NCBI GenBank assembly: GCA_036785375.1
Contig: JAWMAR010002394.1
Coordinates: 1 to 64,000 of the forward strand
From: Leucoraja ocellata
Taxonomy: Eukaryota
Direction of reading: 5' to 3'
DNA: 64,000 nt
This document shows positions 24,862 through 37,673 of this stretch, piece after piece; the stretch's first letter is position 1; the number at the start of each line of letters is the position of its first letter. Made by a program: the position numbers and the translations under genes. The notes beneath the pieces were generated by a model. It ran no database searches. It saw only the letters and a list, made by a program, of their open reading frames with translations, and was not told the DNA's origin.

Positions 24862-27324
24862 ACCCATTCCTTCTCTCCAGAGATGCTGCCTGTCTCGCTG
24901 AGTTACTCCAGCATTTTGTGTCTACCATCCACACTAGTCCCACCTGCCCGAGTTTGCCCCATATCACTCCACACCTGTCCTACCCATGCACCTGTCCAAT
25001 TGTATCTTAAACCTGCGATAGTCCCTGCCTCAACTACCTCCTCTGGTAGCTTGTTCCATAAACCCATCACCCTCTGTGTGAAAATGTTACCCCTCAGTCT
25101 TTTTAGTTTAAGTTTGATATGGTTTAGTTTGGTTTAGTTCAGTTCAGTTCAGGTTGGTTTTGTTCCGTTTAGAATTACAACGTGGAAACAGGCCATTCGG
25201 CCCACCGAGTCCGCGCCGTACAACCATTAGCCGCTCACATTTGTTCTGTGTTCTGTATAGAAACTTACTTAAGGGATTGGACAGGCTAGATGCAGGAAGA
25301 TTGTTCCCGATGGTGGGGAAGTCCAGAACACGGGGTCACAGTTTAAGGAAAAGGGAAAGTCTTTTAGGACCGAGATGAGAAAATGATTGTTTACACAGAG
25401 AGTGGCGAATCTGTGGAACTCTCTGCCACAGAGGGTAGTTGAGGCCAGTTCATTGGCTATATTTAAGAGGGAGTTAGATGTGGCCCTTGTGGCTAAAGGG
25501 ATCAGGGGGTATGGAGAGAAGGCAGGTACAGGATACTGAGTTGAATGATCAGCCATAATCATATTGAATGGCGTCAGTCTCAGTCTCAGTCTACCCCACG
25601 ACAGAAGGGGGAGGAGTTGTACAGTTACATCTCCACAGGGAAGAATGATCTCCAGTGACGTTCTGTGCTGCATCTTGGTGGAACCAGTCTGTTGCCTGCC
25701 CTCCAAGGCCACCTCCCATGAATCCAACTCCGCCCCCAGGACGGAGCCATCTTCCTGGTGAGTTTTAGCTGAAGAAACCCAAGACATGGTGACCACACAG
25801 AATTTGCCCTCGTCACCCAACATGGTTTATGGAAACTAGAATTGTGCCGGTTGCAGATAAGACTGGAGGTTCACGAGACCTCTCTGTTTTTGTAGCTCGG
25901 TGTTTCGCTTCACCCCCTGTAAGAAGTCCAAGGGCTGCTTTAGATCCAACGCTGCAAATTGAGTGGGGGTAAGTACCGGAATATCGAGTTGCCCTCGGGA
26001 GGGCGTTGGGAATATTGTGTGTTTATGTTGTTGGGTCTAACCAGGTTAGTTTAATTTAGAAATACAGTGCTAACGTCCCTACGGGCGGAGAGCACCCGTG
26101 GTCGGGATCGAACCCGGGACTCTGGCGCTGTAAGCGCTGTAAGGCAGCAACTCTGCCGCTGCGCCACCATGATCACCAGTCTAATGCGGTAGAAGACTGA
26201 GTGTTGGTGAATGAGTTACTCTGGAGGGTGTTCATGGATGGAAGGGGAGGGGGAGTGGGGAGAGGAGGAAGGTGGGTGGGGAGAGGTGGAGGCAGAGAAG
26301 GGGAGGGGGGGAGAAAGAGGGGAGAGAGAAGGGAGAGGGAGGAGAGGGGAGACAGGTGGTGAGAGAGGGGGGAGATGGGGGTAGAGAGGGGGCGAGGGAG
26401 GGGAGGGGGAGAGAGAGGAGGGGAAGCGACTGTTCCACGTTATTTATATTTAACTTATCTTGTGTATGTATCGAGGAGTGGGGGAATTGAAGACTGTACG
26501 GAGAAAAAAAAACTCTTAAACAAAGCGGGTTGTTTAAGAAGGAATTGCAGATGCTGTAAAATCGTAGGTGGACAAAAATGCTGGAGAAAGTCAGCGGGTG
26601 CAGCAGCATCTATGGAGCGAAGGAAATAGGCAACGTTTTTGTGTACCTTAAACATAGCGGAGTCAGAGGATATGGGGAGAAGGCAGGAACGGGGTACTCA
26701 CTGATTGGGGACTTTAAACCCCAACTCCGCGAGATATCAAGTTGGTGGACACATTGTGAACCATGTGAATGCAGAAGGACGGTAAATCCAGAGGAACTAA
26801 ACAACTTGGCGTTAACCAGGCTGCAGATGCGGTATCTCAACATCAATTTCCCACACGTCGTTATTCATCACACACTTCTTTTCTTACATCATAATCATAA
26901 AATTTAGGAAGTTTAGTGCATGCTTGTGAGGAAGTGACACTAGCTGTGAGCAATCTTGATGCTTCTATTTTAAATTTCATGCGAAAAGATCAGAATATCT
27001 TTAGCTTGCTTCCTCTTGCTTGAAGTCCACTGTACCCACATGTTGATATGATGATCGGTCCTGTTACTAGGGATACGGGATCCAAGTCTCCGCGTTTGAT
27101 CTAGACCCTGACTGCTGTCTGAATAGAGTCTGCACATCTCCAAATGCACTTCTTGGGGTTACTTGTGTGCTCCAGTATCCTGGTTTGAAGCTAAATGGCT
27201 AGTAATTTTGTCCCAAGTAAATTGGGAACAAAGTAGAGATGGTTCAAAACTTGGAATTCCAAGAGGTCAAAGTCACCAACAACTTCTCCTGCACCATCCA
27301 TATTGGAGCAACGATGAATAGACA

Positions 27325-28435
27325 ACAGACAATAGACAATAGATGCAGGAGTAGGCCATTCGGTCTTTCGAGCCAGCACCGCCATTCAATGTGATCATGG
27401 CTGATCATCTCAAATCAGTAACCCCTTTCTCCCTTCACCCCATATCCCTTCACTCCGCTGTCATTAAGAACTCTATCTCTCTCTCTCATGAAAGCATACA
27501 GAGAATCGGCCTCCGCCGCCTTCTGAGGCAGAAAATTCCTCAGACTCACAACTCTCTGTGTGAAAATGTTTTTCCTCATCTCCGTTCTAAATGGCTTACA
27601 CCTTATTCTTAAACTGGTTCTGAACTCCCCCAACATCTGGAATGTTTCCTGCCTCTAGCGCAGTGGTTCCCAACCTTTTTTTGGCCATGCCCCACCTAAT
27701 CACCTCTAAAATCCTGATGCCCCCCCCCCCCCCCCACCCATGTGGTGATATATAATTCTTATCATTTAAAAAGTGAACTCCGTTTCAGCTGAAGAAGCTT
27801 AAAACGCCAATACCTTGGTTTAAACGAGCTTCAAAAGAACATGGCATCCATGAAAAATAAAAATGAAATAAACAATAGACAGTTAAAGTTCTGAGCAAGA
27901 AATTACTAAAGAAATAGTAAAAAAATAAATAAAACGACAATTTGGACCCAGACCTCCTCAGTCGCGCTCAATTGCCCCCCTTAAAAATCAAATTGCCCCC
28001 CTGTGGGGCGTACGCCCCACGTTGGGAACCACTGCTCTAGCGTGTCCAAACCCTGAATAATCATATATGTTTCAATAAGATTCCCTCTCATCTTTCTAAA
28101 CTCCAGAATGTACAAGTCCAGCCGCTCCATTCTCTCAAGATATGGCAGTCCCGCCATCCCGGGAATTAACCTGGTAAACATACGCTGCACTCCCTCAATA
28201 GTAAGAATATCCGTCCTCAAATTTGGAGACCAAAACTGCACACAATACTCCAGGTGTGGTCTCATTCGGACCCTGTACAACTGCAGAAGGACCGCTTTGC
28301 TCCTTTACTCAACTCCTCTTGTTATAAAGGCCAACATGCCATTCGCTTTCTCCACTGCCTGCTGTACCTGCATGCTTACTTTCATAGACTGATGAACAAG
28401 GAGCCCCAGATCCCATTGTACTTCCCCTTTTCCCA
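27325..28435 (-). mobile_element. CR1 LINE 3' fragment hosting a hAT MITE
   Basis: ORFs 27415-27636 and 27981-28280 RT C-terminus. Confidence 0.85.
27661..28034. mobile_element. Non-autonomous hAT (Charlie-like) MITE
   Basis: TIR CAGTGGTTCCCAAC...GTTGGGAACCACTG; perfect 8-bp TSD CTCTAGCG at 27653-27660 and 28035-28042. Confidence 0.9.
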
Positions 28436-29089
28436 ACAGGGTGGAAGTAGAACCATGAGAGCAGCGGATGGCTCATTATCGCCCCCATCTTACTTATAGA
28501 CCTGCCAATGAGTGGATTATTTGCACGCAAAGAGTTACAAGGATTTGTCATATTTGAGGCAGCTAATGCCCTGTTTCTTCCGGAATAGCGGCCCAGCTTG
28601 TTCCTCCTGAATGGATTTCACAATGTAGCACCCACAATGTTATAACTCCGCCCCGTCCATAGTGCCGGTGGAACCAAACGGGTCAGACGGCATCTCCGGA
28701 GGTCAAAACAATGAACCGCAGGTGCTGGTTAATGCACAAGGGGACATAACGTGATGGAGTAACTTAACAGGTCAGGCAGCGCCTCTGGAGATGGGAACGA
28801 GGAACTGCAATGCTGGTTGATGCACAAGAAAGAGGACTTAATGTGCTGGAGTAACTCCACCGGTCAGGCAGCGTCTCTGGAGGTGGGAACAAGGAACTGC
28901 AGAGCCTGGTGGATGCACAACAGAACAAAAAGTACTGGAATAGATCAGCGCGTCAAGAAGCATCTCTGGAGAACATGGACAGGCGACGTTTCGGGTCTGG
29001 ATCTCTCTTCAGACGGATTTCACATTTCTTCCGCAGATGCTGCCTGACCTGTTTTTGTGTTTGTTTCCGCCTCAGGTAGTCGTTCAAAG

Positions 29090-29127
29090 ATGCAGTGGAG
29101 TGTGGTCGCTTGGTCCGTTCTGCTATT
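29090..29127 (+). CDS. Signal-peptide exon of receptor gene B (runs into N-gap)
   Basis: Acceptor ttgtttccgcctcAG at 29074-29075; aagATG at 29090; MQWSVVAWSVLL hydrophobic leader ~800 bp upstream of the V exon. Donor presumably in gap 29128-29317. Confidence 0.7.
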
Positions 29128-29897
29128 NNNNNNNNNNNNNNNNNNNNNNNNNNNNNNNNNNNNNNNNNNNNNNNNNNNNNNNNNNNNNNNNNNNNNNNNN
29201 NNNNNNNNNNNNNNNNNNNNNNNNNNNNNNNNNNNNNNNNNNNNNNNNNNNNNNNNNNNNNNNNNNNNNNNNNNNNNNNNNNNNNNNNNNNNNNNNNNNN
29301 NNNNNNNNNNNNNNNNNCATTATCGCCCCCCTGGTTTATTCTGTCAATCATTTAGACCCCGGGGTTCAAAGTGGGATGTTTTGATGTTGCGAACTGTAGT
29401 GGTGTTATATAAATAGCAAGAAAGATTCTTCAAGAAGACAGCATGACACAGATCAATTAGAAAATGGGCGACGTGTTAGTGAACGGAACTCAACTTTGGC
29501 AAAGGCGAGCCCCACGTTAATTAGTCCACACCACGACGTTATCCCACTTTCCCATCAACTCACAACACATCAGGAGACATTTACAGAGGATTATTAACCG
29601 ACCAACCTGCACGTCTTTGGGATGTGGGTGGGAACCGGCGCACCCGGAGAAAACCCGCGCGGTCCCTGTGAGAACGTGCAAACTCCACACGAACAGATAG
29701 CACGCGGGGTCAGGATCGAACCCGGTTGTCTCACGATATTTAAAAGGCGTCTCGCCAAGCACTTGAAACGCTGAAACATAGAAAGGCTATGATCCTAACG
29801 CGAGTAAATGGGATTGTGTAGATAGGTGTAATGGATGGCATTGACGGGGTGGGCCGAAAGGCCCGCGCCCGAACTATAAGATTATTTCTGGTTTCAG

Positions 29898-30221
29898 GTG
29901 CTGTTGGATCCGATGAATCGATCATACAATCACCGAAGCAAATCACAGTTACTGAAGGCGGGACTGTGCGGCTAAACTGTGCAGTTGTTGGCAACACAAT
30001 TGGGGCCATTAGTTGGTACAAAGACGTGGAAACTCGTGCCGTTTCCAACACGAGCGGCGACTATTATGGCCGCGTTCTGAAATATAATTCACCGGGGATT
30101 CTAAAAGAATCCATCGACATCACTGACCTCAACATGAACGAGACAGGAAGGTATTACTGCCGATGGAGTGCTTTCTCAGGTGAAATATATAATGGTCACG
30201 GCACAGATGTCACGGTCACAC
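29898..30221 (+). CDS. Ig V(J)-type domain exon of receptor gene B (NKp30/SIRP-like)
   Basis: Acceptor ttctggtttcAG|GT, phase 1. Reads GAVGSDESIIQSPKQITVTEGGTVRLNCAVVGNTIGAISWYKDVETRAVSNTSGDYYGRVLKYNSPGILKESIDITDLNMNETGRYYCRWSAFSGEIYNGHGTDVTVT, with canonical Cys, Trp, YYC and GxGT. Donor C|GTAAGT. Confidence 0.93.
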
Positions 30222-30279
30222 GTAAGTTTGCAGAACCTTAACTTTATCTTTACGGGGGATAGAGAGAGAGAGAGAGAGG

Positions 30280-30810
30280 ATGCCGGAATTACTTGAAGTG
30301 AGATAAATCAATATTCATACCACTGGGGTGTAAACTGCCCAAACCAAATATGAGATGCTGCTCCTCCAATTTGCATGTAGCCTCACTCTGACAATGCAGG
30401 AGACCGAGGACAGAAAGGTCTGTGTGGGAATGGGAAGGAGAATTAAAGTGTTCAGTAACCGGGAGTTCAGGTTGGTGCAGGCGGTCTGAGCCAAGGTGTT
30501 TAGCGAAACGACCGCCCTGTCTGCGTTTGGTCTCGCCGATGTGTTAGAGTTCACATCTGGAACAACGGATACAGTAGATGAGGTTGGAGGAGCAGCAAGT
30601 GAACCTCTGCCTCACCTGAAAGGACTGTCGGGGTGCCTGGACAGAGTCGATAGATGAATTCAAGGGACCAGTGTTGCATCTCCTGCGGTTGCTGGGGGAA
30701 GGTACCTGGAGAAGGGGTGGTCTGGGTGGGAAGGGATGAGTTGACCAGTTAGTTGAGGAGGGAACGGTCTCTGCGGAGGGAAGCAAAAAGGGGTGGAGAT
30801 GGGAAAATGT
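30280..30810 (-). mobile_element. Penelope-like element fragment
   Basis: ORF 30544-30786 RRRCNT...LIYCIRCSRC; paralogue of 570-1770. Confidence 0.8.
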
Positions 30811-31199
30811 GAGGAACTCCAGATGCTGGTTTAGACCGAAGATAGCTGGAGTAACTCAGCGGGACAGGCAGCATCTCTGGAGAGAAGGAATGGGTGACGT
30901 TTCGGGTGGAGACCCATTCATCATCTTCAGCATCTTCTGCTTTGATCTGTCTTTTTCACACGTCACGTGCTCTTTGTACCCTTCCATATCTCTAGTCTTC
31001 CTCTCACAAGACTCTCAGTCTGGAGAGAAGTCCCATCTTCAGACACAACCAAACTCACCGCACCCGTAGCAAAGAGCACGTGTCCCCAGGTGGGGAGGGC
31101 AGACCCTGGACACGTGCTCTTTGTACGGGTGACGTTTCGGGTTGTGTCTGAAGAGGGGACCCTTCTTTAGGCTGAGAGTCAGGAGAGAGGGATATGGAA

Positions 31200-31765
31200 G
31201 GCCCTAGTGAGACCACACCTGGAGTAATGTGTGCAGTTTTGGTCCCCTCATTTGAAGAAGGACATTCTTGCTATTGAGGGAGTGCAGCGTAAGTTTACAA
31301 GGTTAATTCCCGGGATGGCGGGACTGTCATATGTTGAGAAAATGGAGCGGCTGTGCTCGTATAGTCTGGAATTTCGAACGATGAGAGGGTATCGTATTGA
31401 AACATGTAAGATCATTAAGGGTTTCGACACGCTAGAGGCAGGAAACATGTTCCCGATGTTGGGGGGGGGGGGGGGGGGGGGGGTCCAAAACCAGGGGCCA
31501 CACAGTTTAAGAATAAGGGGTAAGCCATTTAGAACTGAGATGAGGAAACACGTTTTCACATAGAGAGTTGTGAGTCTGTGGAATTTTCTGCCTCAGAGGG
31601 CGGTGGATGCAGGTTCTCTGGATACTTTCAAGAGAGAGCTAGATAAGGCTCTTAAATATAGCGGAGTTAGGGGATATGGGGAGAAGGCAGGAACGGGGAT
31701 GTCGGTGCTGGCTCGTAGGACCGAATGGCCTACTCCTACACCTATTGTTTATTGTCTATTGTCTA
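31200..31765 (+). mobile_element. CR1 LINE 3' fragment
   Basis: ORF 31231-31563 RT C-terminus. Confidence 0.85.
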
Positions 31766-32310
31766 TGGGACAACGAGCATGTGAAGTGTGAAAACGACAG
31801 ATCAATGCAGAGGATACCAGGACGATGATGTTGGCTGAGGGGAAGGTGACAAGGGGGCATGCAATCCATACAGTTTATCAAGGGGGGGGGGGGCAGTGAA
31901 ACGTGGGGGAACTAGGATGGGAGCGACAGAGAGAGCGGGGATGCAAGAGTTATTTGGAATTAGAGCAGTCAATATTCATACCGCTGGGGTGTAACACTCC
32001 AGAGACGTACAGGTGTGTAGGTTAATCGGCTTGGTGTAAATGTAAATTGTCCCTAGTGTGTGTAGGATGGTGTCAGTGTGAGGGGATCGCTGGTCGGCAC
32101 GGACCCGGTGGGCCGAAGGGCCTGTTTCCGCGCTGTATCTCTAAACTAAAGCTGAACAAACAAAAAACACCCCGATGCCTTCTCTCCATAACACCCGACA
32201 CCTGTACTGATCATGAATCAATCAATCTCCGACTTAAAACATGTATAGATTGGCTTGGCCTGTACATCACATGTTGCTGTGCCTTTTACTGTATTTTTGT
32301 TTCTCAACAG

Positions 32311-32436
32311 CGCCTGTTCCGAGCGGCAAGGGTGGAACTTATAACATTCCGCTTGTGTGTGGACTCTCGGGTGTGGCGTTGCTCGGGATGGTACTGATTC
32401 TCATCATTTACCTGCGACGCCGCGGTCGATCTCCAG
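32311..32436 (+). CDS. Stalk + uncharged transmembrane exon of gene B
   Basis: Acceptor ttttgtttctcaacAG; 126 bp, phase 1-1. Reads PPVPSGKGGTYNIPLVCGLSGVALLGMVLILIIYLRRRGRSP with a basic stop-transfer segment. Donor CAG|GTAACA. Confidence 0.88.
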
Positions 32437-32629
32437 GTAACAACATCAAGTCAAGTCAAGTTTATTTGTCACATACAAGATGCGCAGTGAAATGAAAGTG
32501 GTGGATTGTGGAAAACAACAGCACAACAGAACAGAATAGAACAGAACCAGTTGTTACATTTTAGGGGATCCATTAAAAAAAAGACACAACACAACTGTAA
32601 ATTAGTTAATTAGACCCTCGTGAGGTCAG

Positions 32630-32925
32630 CGTTTACAGTCCTGAAGGCCTGTGGGATGAAACTCCGTCTCTGGATCTGCACCTGCTGGTGTATAGTTCCT
32701 GCAGGGGGGAGAGTATAGTTCCCATGGTGCGTTCGGCCGAACGCACTACTCTCTGCAGAGCCTTCCTGTCCTGGGCAGAGCTGTTCACAACCCAGATTGT
32801 GATGTTACCGGACAAGATGCTTTCTACAGCCCCAGAATAGAAGCACTGAAGGATCCTCAGAGAGACTCTGAAATTCAGCTGCCTGTGGTGTTAAAGGCGC
32901 TGCCTTGCCTTGCTCACCAGTGCTG
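32630..32925 (-). mobile_element. Rex1/Babar-like LINE fragment
   Basis: SGNITIW..NSSAQDRKALQRVVRSAE. Related fragment at 34385-34700 (LSGCITAWFGNSSIQDRK). Confidence 0.65.
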
Positions 32926-34947
32926 TATGGAAGCAATGTCCTCTCTCCTTGGTAGGCGAACGCAAGCGAGAACTCAGAAGGAATTCCTCGGACGATTAGG
33001 TCTCCTGGGCTCTAAAGGTCCTGTCCATGTGTTAGTTTAGTTTATTTTGGAGATACAGCGCGGAAACAGGCCCTTCGGCCCAGCGACTCCGCACCGACCA
33101 GCGACGCCTGCACCTCCTCCAACCTCGTCTGCTGCATCCGCTGTTCCAGGTGCAAACTTGGTCCAAGCTGAACACCTCCGCTCAGCCAGTGTTAACCAAC
33201 CTGATCGCCCTGTTGCTCAGCGCTTCAACTCCCCCTCCCATTCCCACACTGACCTTTTGTGTCCTGGGCCTCCTCTATTGTCAGAGTGAGGCCCAGCGCA
33301 AATTGGAGGAACAACACCTCATATTTCTCTTGGGTAGTTTACACCCCATGGTATGAACATTGACTTCTCTAATTTTAGACAGTCCTTGTTTTCTCCCTCC
33401 CCCTCCCCTTCCCAGTTCTCCCGCAGCCCACTGTCTCCGCCTACTTCCTTTCGTTTTCCCGCCCCCATCCTACCACCCCCCCCCCCCCCTAGCCCGACAT
33501 CAGTCTGAAGAAGCATCTCGACCCGAAACGCCGCCTGTTCCTTCTCTCCATAGCTGCTGCCTCACCCGCTGAGTTTCACCAGCATTTCTTGTCCACCTTC
33601 GATTGTTCCAGCATCTTCAGTTCTTTCTTAGACAACTGACCTACAGACCTGTAGATCTTTGGAGTGTGGGAGGAAACCGAAGATCTCGAGGAAACCCCAC
33701 GCGGGTCACGGGGAGCACGTACAAACTCCGTGTCAGACAGCACCCGTAGCCGGGATCGAACCCGGGTCTCCAGCGCTCCAGAGATGCTGCCTGACACTCT
33801 GTTATTCTAGCATTTTGTGCTTTCTTCAAAAAAACTAAATGCATTGCACAGGTTTTGGAAATTATTTCGTGCTAATCAGAAGCGAGGAAGATTCTTGTTC
33901 ATGCATGCAAAATAGCAGCAAGGTCTTCGCCTATTTATTGGTCCCTAAAACTATCCCAGGAAGCTTCTGACAAGGGAATACGAGGGTGGTCATGTTCCGA
34001 ATGTGGAGGGAGAAACATAACACGGGGGATTATTAAATGTGCAGCAAATACAAGTTTATTATCTCAATGTGTGGGAAGGAACTGGAGAAAGTGGTTGAGA
34101 CACAAAATGCTGGAGTAACTCAGCGGGACAGGCAGCATCTCTGGAGGGAAGGAACGGATGACGTTTCGGGTCGAGACTCATCATCAGACTGAGTGTCAGG
34201 GGAGAGGGAGATACAGAGATAAGAAAATATAAGGAGTGAGAACGAGAACGAGATACCTTTCCCTTGATCTCCACCCCTTTTGATATCTCGTTCTCACACC
34301 TTACACTTCCTTATCTCTGTATCTCGCTCAAGTCAAGTCAAGTCAAGTCAAGTCAAGAGAGTTTATTGTCATGTACCCCAGATAGGACAATGAAATTCTT
34401 GCTTGGGACTAGGGTGCGAGTGGTCTTGCCGAGGCAGCGTGAGGTATAAATGGAGTCAATAGGAAGGAGGTTGGTTCGTGTGATGGTCTGGGCTTCGTCC
34501 ACAATTAAATGCCATTCTTTGCGGTCTTGGATGGAGCTGTTCCCAAACCAAGCTGTGATGCATCCTGATAAAAATGCTTTCCATGGTGCATCTGTAGAAC
34601 TTGGTGAGAGTTGTAGCAGACTCGCCAAAATTCCTAAGGCTTCCAAGGAAGTAGAGGCGTTGGTGTCCCGACGAAATGTCTGGAGACATGCGGCCAAACG
34701 TGAGATTCATCATTGCTGAAAACATCAGCTTGTTTCGGTGCTGTGTGAGTCTATATTAAACACAGAATTGTACAGAGAAAATATAATTTGTAACAGCAAG
34801 GTTATGTTAATGAAGATTAAAGTTATGCTAATGAGCGAACTATATTCTCATTAGCCACATCCTCTATTGGATGAAATCGAATTTTATTATCGGTAGTTAT
34901 TTTGTTCCGGGGCTTGAAATAAGTAACTTGTTTATAATGTATTACAG

Positions 34948-34979
34948 ATAAAGGAACCGGAACAGAAGATGAGGCTACG
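34948..34979 (+). CDS. 32-bp cytoplasmic micro-exon of gene B
   Basis: Acceptor tgtattacAG, donor ACG|GTATGT. Phase 1 to 0 exactly bridges the TM exon and last exon; DKGTGTEDEAT. Confidence 0.7.
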
Positions 34980-35059
34980 GTATGTAGTTAATTAACCTTT
35001 AGATGTTCCCTCTGACTTGATCAGTGGTTATTTGCCATTTTGTGTTTCTTTGTGAATTA

Positions 35060-35750
35060 AATAGACAAAAGGTACAGGATGAGGCCATTCGGAATTTCGA
35101 GCCAGTACCGCCATTCAATGTGATCGTGGCTGATCATCCCAATCAGTACCCCGTTCCTGCCTTCTCCCCATATCCCCTGACTCCGCTGTCTTTAAGAGCC
35201 CTATCCAGCTCTCTCTTGAAAGTATCCAGAGAACCGGCCTCTGAGGCAGAGAATGCCACAGATTCACAACTCTCTGTGAGAATACGTGTTTCCTCGTCTC
35301 CGTTCTAAATGGCCGACCCCTTATTCTTAAACTGTGGTCCCTGGTTCTGGACTCCCCCAACATCGGGAACATGCTTTCCTGCCTCTAGCGTGTCCAAACC
35401 ATTAACAATCTTATATGTTTCAATAAGATCCCCTCTCATCCTTCTAAACTCCAGAGTATACAAGCCCAGCCGCTCCATTCTCTCAGGATAAGACAGTCCC
35501 GCCATCCCGGGAATGAACCTTGTAAAAGTCTGTGGAATATTCTGGCTCAGATGCCGGTGGAGGCCGGTTCTCTGGAAACTTTCAAGAGAGAGCTAGATAG
35601 TGCTCTTGAAGATAGCGGAGTCTGGGGATATGGGGAGAAGGCAGGAACGGGGTACTGATTGTGGATGATCAGCCGTGATCACATTGAATGGCGGTGCTGG
35701 CTCGAGGGACCGAATGGCCTACTCCTGCACCTATTGTCTATTGTCTATGC
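35060..35750. mobile_element. Two CR1 3' fragments in opposite orientation
   Basis: Minus-strand RT C-terminus 35060-35525 abutting a plus-strand 3' end 35528-35750. Confidence 0.75.
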
Positions 35751-36794
35751 ATACGCCTCTTAAACGCCATTGACGTAATGCCTCCACAACCACCGATGAC
35801 AATTTTGTTCCAGACCCCAACCAACATCCGTNNNNNNNNNNNNNNNNNNNNNNNNNNNNNNNNNNNNNNNNNNNNNNNNNNNNNNNNNNNNNNNNNNNNN
35901 NNNNNNNNNNNNNNNNNNNNNNNNNNNNNNNNNNNNNNNNNNNNNNNNNNNNNNNNNNNNNNNNNNNNNNNNNNNNNNNNNNNNNNNNNNNNNNNNNNNN
36001 NNNNNNNNNNNNNNNNNNNNNNNNNNNNNNNNNNNNNNNNNNNNNNNNNNNNNNNNNNNNNNNNNNNNCCCCCCTAGTGTTCGCATTTCGACCCAATCAA
36101 TGTTGAATTAATTTATTTTCACGGTGACCAAACTAGAATAGGACACTTCCCTTCAGGCTATTGCTTCGGGATAAATATTGTATTTTCAATTAAAGAGATT
36201 TTCAAGCGAGTTGCTGGAAAATGAATCATTTATCGCAAGCATTTGCTCAGCCCCGGTATAATCTGCTCAACATTCTATGGTGTTACTAACATTGGAATCA
36301 ACAGGTGACGGTGGATATATTAATATCCTAACTTAATGACGAACCTAAAACAATGAAGTTGCTTTCATCCCGCGGCTAGATTCGCAGCGCAGCTGTTATA
36401 CATGTTAGGTTGCTGAAACCGCTTCATGAAAGAGGCCCATTGACCAGAAACTAACACAAAGCCCGAAACCTCACATCGTTCTGAATTTCCGAAGATGGAT
36501 AAGTTACTGGACAATTTCCAATCTTGTGTAGGTTTCAAATCTTGTAACAAATGACTTGTGACATTCCAGGAACTAACACAAAGCTCATACCTCAAAGCAA
36601 TAGACAATAGACAATAGGTGCAGGAGTAGGCCATTCGGCCCTTCGAGCCAGCACCGCCATTCAATGTGATCATGGCTGATCATCCACAATCAGTATCCCG
36701 TTCCTGCCTTCTCCCCATATCCCCTGACTCCGTTGTGAACTTTAGAAGCGGGATAAGTTACCGGACAATTTCAATCGTATGTAGGTTTCAAATA

Positions 36795-37265
36795 GAGTCA
36801 TAGAGTGATACAGCGTGGAAACAGGCCCTTCGGCCCAACTTGCCCACACCGGCCAACAATGTCCCAGTTACACTAGTCCCACCTGCCTGCACTTGGTCCA
36901 TATCCCTCCAAACCTGTCCTATCCATGTACATGTCTAACTGTTTCTTAAATGTTGGGATAGGCCCAGCCTCAACCACCTCCTCTGGCAGCTTGTTCCATT
37001 CACCCACCATCCTCTGTGTCGAAAAGTTACTCCTCAGATTCCTATTTAATCTTTTCCCCTTCACCTTGAACAACCGTCCTCTGGTCCTCGGTTCCCCTAC
37101 TCTGGGCAAGAGACTCTGTGCATCTACCCGATCTATTCCTCTCGTGGTTTTGTACACCTCTATAAGATCACCCCCTCATCCTACTACGCTCCAAGGAATA
37201 GAGACCCAGCCTGCTCAACCTCTCCCTGTAGCTCACACCCTCTAGTCCTGGAAACATCCGTGTAA
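36795..37265 (-). mobile_element. CR1-like LINE 3' fragment (different subfamily)
   Basis: ORF 36873-37157 RGIDRVDAQSLLPR...EGYGPSAGRWD. Confidence 0.8.
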
Positions 37266-37673
37266 AGTCTTGCAACAAATAATCCAGAATCGTAAGGGCC
37301 TGTCCCACTTTACGAGGCAATTCACGAATTCTCCCGAGTTTGAATTCTCCCGAGTTTTCCCCTTAATTCAAACTCGCAGACTGTTCGTAACGGGTCCGTA
37401 GATATATCGTAGCACCTCGTTATGCCAGACGCAGGTCCTCGGGCATAAGTCGGGACGTTTACGGGACGCCTGATATAAAATGTCCACGAGTAAAGAAATA
37501 GTCGGGAGGATGCCCCGAGCACCTACGGCAGGTTTACGATATATCTACGTACTCCTACGGCCTCCTACGGACCCGTTACGATCTTTGGGCTTTAGAAGAG
37601 AGACGAGATGCTGGACAATTTCCAAACTTGTTTAGATTTCAAATGTTGTAACAAATATTCTGTTACATTCCAG

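Noticed and set aside
26095-26170. tRNA gene-like sequence (minus strand)
   Set aside because: tRNA-derived SINE head continuing into SINE body; no complete cloverleaf.
26230-26425. Pro/Ser- or Gly/Arg-rich ORFs (also 39770-39915, 42556-42690)
   Set aside because: Low-complexity GA/CT or TA/TG tracts.
29898-30260. Rearranging Ig/TCR V segment
   Set aside because: The J-like motif is germline-joined and followed by a splice donor. No RSS heptamer/nonamer or C-domain exon seen.
36305-36336. Possible alternative last exon GDGGYINILT* (YxN motif)
   Set aside because: Weak pyrimidine tract and phase 1, incompatible with the phase-0 micro-exon donor. An exon hidden in gap 35832-36068 cannot be excluded.
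37293-37580. Harbinger-like MITE (TAA-GGGCCTGTCCCACTT)
   Set aside because: Only one terminus recognisable; matching TIR/TSD not found.
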